In this document: in pieces, positions 61,716 to 64,000 of the stretch
How positions within the stretch are numbered: position 1 is the first letter of the stretch
Layout: every line of letters begins with the position of its first letter
Virus record (IMG/VR): IMGVR_UViG_3300028809_000684
Strand: one strand, 5' to 3'
From: an uncultured virus (IMG/VR IMGVR_UViG_3300028809_000684)
Taxonomy: Duplodnaviria; Heunggongvirae; Uroviricota; Caudoviricetes
Length of the DNA: 64,000 bases
The notes under the pieces: generated by a model
Seen by the model: only the letters and a program-made list of their open reading frames with translations
Database searches by the model: none
What the model was told of the DNA's origin: nothing
Translations under genes and position numbers: made by a program

Positions 61716-62174
61716 TCACGGGAGCTCGTCCGCGTAGACAGACTCGTAGTGCAAGCCGAGAGCATGTAGCTCACCGCCCAGAACCGAGCACCACATGTGG
61801 AAGAGATACTCCAGGGACAACGCGTTGTATCTCCGCAACAGTTCTCTACAGGTTTCGGGATCGGGTTCCTGAAACCAGAGGCAGTGAGGCGCAATACGAT
61901 CGCCAGAATGCAGAGCCAACGTGAGAGTCGGCCAGTTGCGCTGTGGGAACGTAATGCGGATCCCTCGCAGGGCGTACTTCTGGCCAGTGAGGAACTCGTG
62001 AGCGGCGGTGATATCGACCAGACGCGGCATGTACTTCTGGCAGATGTAGTGCAGCTCCCTGAATACCTCGGCATGGCTGCGTCCGTAGACAGGTGCAGCC
62101 GCCGGCACCCTGCTGACGACAAAGGTCGACAGGGCCGTGGCAGCCATAGTTCGTAGAGCGTCGCGTCTGTTCAT
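61716..62174 (-). CDS. Protein with a twin-arginine signal
   Basis: MNRRDALRTMAATAL. Confidence 0.6.
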   Translation of the reverse strand: MNRRDALRTMAATALSTFVVSRVPAAAPVYGRSHAEVFRELHYICQKYMPRLVDITAAHEFLTGQKYALRGIRITFPQRNWPTLTLALHSGDRIAPHCLWFQEPDPETCRELLRRYNALSLEYLFHMWCSVLGGELHALGLHYESVYADELP

Positions 62175-62575
62175 GGCGTTTCGTTCTCGTGGGCGCTGAC
62201 ATCGAAATCTTCCAGATTCCGTATCGGCACAGTTTCGTGAAACCAATCCAGAGCATCATCCTCTGTTTCGTCGCGGCCGGCGGGGACCTCGTAGTCCCGA
62301 TAGGACAGCTTTCCGTCGAGGCCGGCTGGCAGGTCCACACGATCGTCAGCGTCGAGCTTTTGCGTCGGCACCAGCTGCGTGCATCGCACAATGTAACCGA
62401 GGCTCATGGCGACTTCCTCCGATACAGGTCAGTCAGCTGCAGGCGGCGATTCTTCCACCAGCCCTGCATATCGTAGTTCCTCTGTCGCTGGTGGAACTCC
62501 TCGTGCTGCATTACCGCTAGGGCTGCAGTCGCAAGGGCGTCTCGGGAGAGACGAAAGTCCTCGGGGAAGAGGTGT

Positions 62576-62626
62576 GTCAGAACCATGCTTTGAAAGGGGT
62601 GGGTCAGAACCATGCTTTGAAAGGGG
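62576..62626. repeat. Tandem duplication (24-nt exact unit, period 27)
   Basis: GTCAGAACCATGCTTTGAAAGGGG at 62576 and 62603. Confidence 0.9.
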
Positions 62627-62975
62627 CCAGGATGCGACGTAGAGACTTGGTAGCGCTGTACTCCTCGCCAGTCTCATCGTTCCTGTCCTCGCCAGTATCC
62701 TGCAAATCCAGCAGCTGAGCACGGGCCGCGTTGACCACCTTCTTGAGTGCACCAGTCTTGAGCTGGACTGTCGAAATCCCGCGGCAGGCGTTCCAGCAAG
62801 CAATCAAGCGTTCGGTTGTGATCTGCTCAGTGGCGTCGCTGAATTCCGTACCTGAGCATTTGGCGATGATCGAGTTTGTTGCGTCTCGCCAGATCGTCGC
62901 CTTTGGGCCACTCGACAGCTTTTCGAGTGAAAGATCAATCGGTCCAGATGACGTTTTCTTCTTCGCCACACTCAC
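62604..62975 (-). CDS. ERLVxCWNA paralogue family member
   Basis: TERLIACWNACRGISTVQLKTG. Confidence 0.65.
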   Translation of the reverse strand: MSVAKKKTSSGPIDLSLEKLSSGPKATIWRDATNSIIAKCSGTEFSDATEQITTERLIACWNACRGISTVQLKTGALKKVVNAARAQLLDLQDTGEDRNDETGEEYSATKSLRRILAPFKAWF

Positions 62976-63507
62976 CTCCGCTCTTTGAATTCCTTGTGGG
63001 CCTTAGCGGTCGCCTCGATCAGCGAGGCCCGCTTTCCTACAGCGTCAGCCCGCTCCAAGTAGGCCTCACACTGGATCTTGGTCTCGGAGTGATCATCCCC
63101 AGGCTTCGTCAGGCCGAGTTTCTCTGCCATCCTGTGGCGGGTCACCCAAGGCAACTCGAAGAGCTGGAACACAAACGTCCGCAACTCTTCTACGGTGAAC
63201 TCCTTCTCCGGCGGCTTGCCGAAGGTTTCGGTCAGAAGGGCCTCAGCCGCCTCCACCTCTTCCTTCGTCACCTTCCCTGGATGAACAGGACAGCCATAGA
63301 CGTAGATGAACTCGCCAGGCCGCTCGCGATAGCCGCGGCCGTAGCAGTTGTCGATCGCAGGGCACTGGCAGCCAGCCGCGATCGCTTCTTTGGTCCCAGG
63401 GTTGGGCGCCAGCTGCTCCTGGTATTTATCGCCGCAGAGGCAGTCGTCTCCAGGAGCGTAGGGAGCGTCCTGAGTCGAGCCACAGCTGGGGCATTTGAGA
63501 AACGTCA

Positions 63508-63906
63508 TCAGGGATCCTGTCTGAGCAGCCCGTTCTCACGAGCCTTTTCCTCGTAGATTGCGTGCAGCTGATCGAGCATTTGTTTTGAGTCTGCACGGAC
63601 CGGGCCTCGACGTATGCGCTCGGCCCGAAGAGCAAACAGATTCTGGTCGTAGACGACCTCTCGTCGGCGAGCTTCGACATAGTCTGGGCTGTTAGCGTGG
63701 CTGCCCACTGTGCCGAGCATGATCGTACGAATCCGGCTTGTTTTCACCAGGTCGTCGAAGATGTAGATGAGACGCTGCAGTTGTGCGTCCGACAGCTCAG
63801 CAAGCCGATAGGGCCTGATGTCTTTCTCGACAGCACCGGCAACAGGGATGCTCGGCAGCACGAGGGCTGCCAGCGTGGTCTTGAGAAACTCTCTGCGGTC
63901 CATCAT
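63508..63906 (-). CDS. Protein with a twin-arginine signal
   Basis: MDRREFLKTTLAALVLPS. Confidence 0.6.
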   Translation of the reverse strand: MMDRREFLKTTLAALVLPSIPVAGAVEKDIRPYRLAELSDAQLQRLIYIFDDLVKTSRIRTIMLGTVGSHANSPDYVEARRREVVYDQNLFALRAERIRRGPVRADSKQMLDQLHAIYEEKARENGLLRQDP

Positions 63907-64000
63907 CCCTCCGCCCAGGAGAACCACTCTGCGCCAGCAGCAATCAATGCAAGGCGAACGGCTACCGACGCTGACACCATGTTGATGTATCCGATCCCGA

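Noticed and set aside
62576..62626. 27-nt period repeat as a regulatory or array element
   Set aside because: Only two copies at a gene junction; best explained as a simple tandem duplication.
1..64000. Genome-wide TGA recoding in this window
   Set aside because: Recognisable genes are full length under code 11, and many end in TGA with ATGA overlaps.

Overview
The window looks like a 64 kb stretch of a large, GC-rich bacteriophage genome: about 120 short, tightly packed ORFs almost all on the minus strand, many paralogues and no structural genes. A DUF1559 prepilin-type gene points to a Planctomycetota host. The left end holds a tRNA cluster mixed with odd tRNA-like and structured RNAs, auxiliary genes (sulfotransferase-like, dCMP deaminase, HldD-like epimerase, Nudix) and a Ro60/TROVE gene preceded by six Y RNA-like units. 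One of those units has ordinary tRNA topology, and a seventh copy lies 5 kb away. The strongest candidate for a new system is an apparently nuclease-dead TnpB/Cas12f-like gene (29522-30823) with four copies of a ~150-nt omegaRNA-like scaffold. Each scaffold is followed by short unique segments punctuated by a 4-nt motif (GCAG, GCAA or GTGR), and that motif is complementary to, and co-varies with, a hairpin loop in its own scaffold. This suggests a minimal multi-guide array. Also notable are a UCA-anticodon (opal) tRNA beside a Pth2-like gene, a P-II protein lacking Tyr51, five Tat-signal proteins and several paralogue families. All calls were made by eye from motifs; no database searches or folding programs were run.
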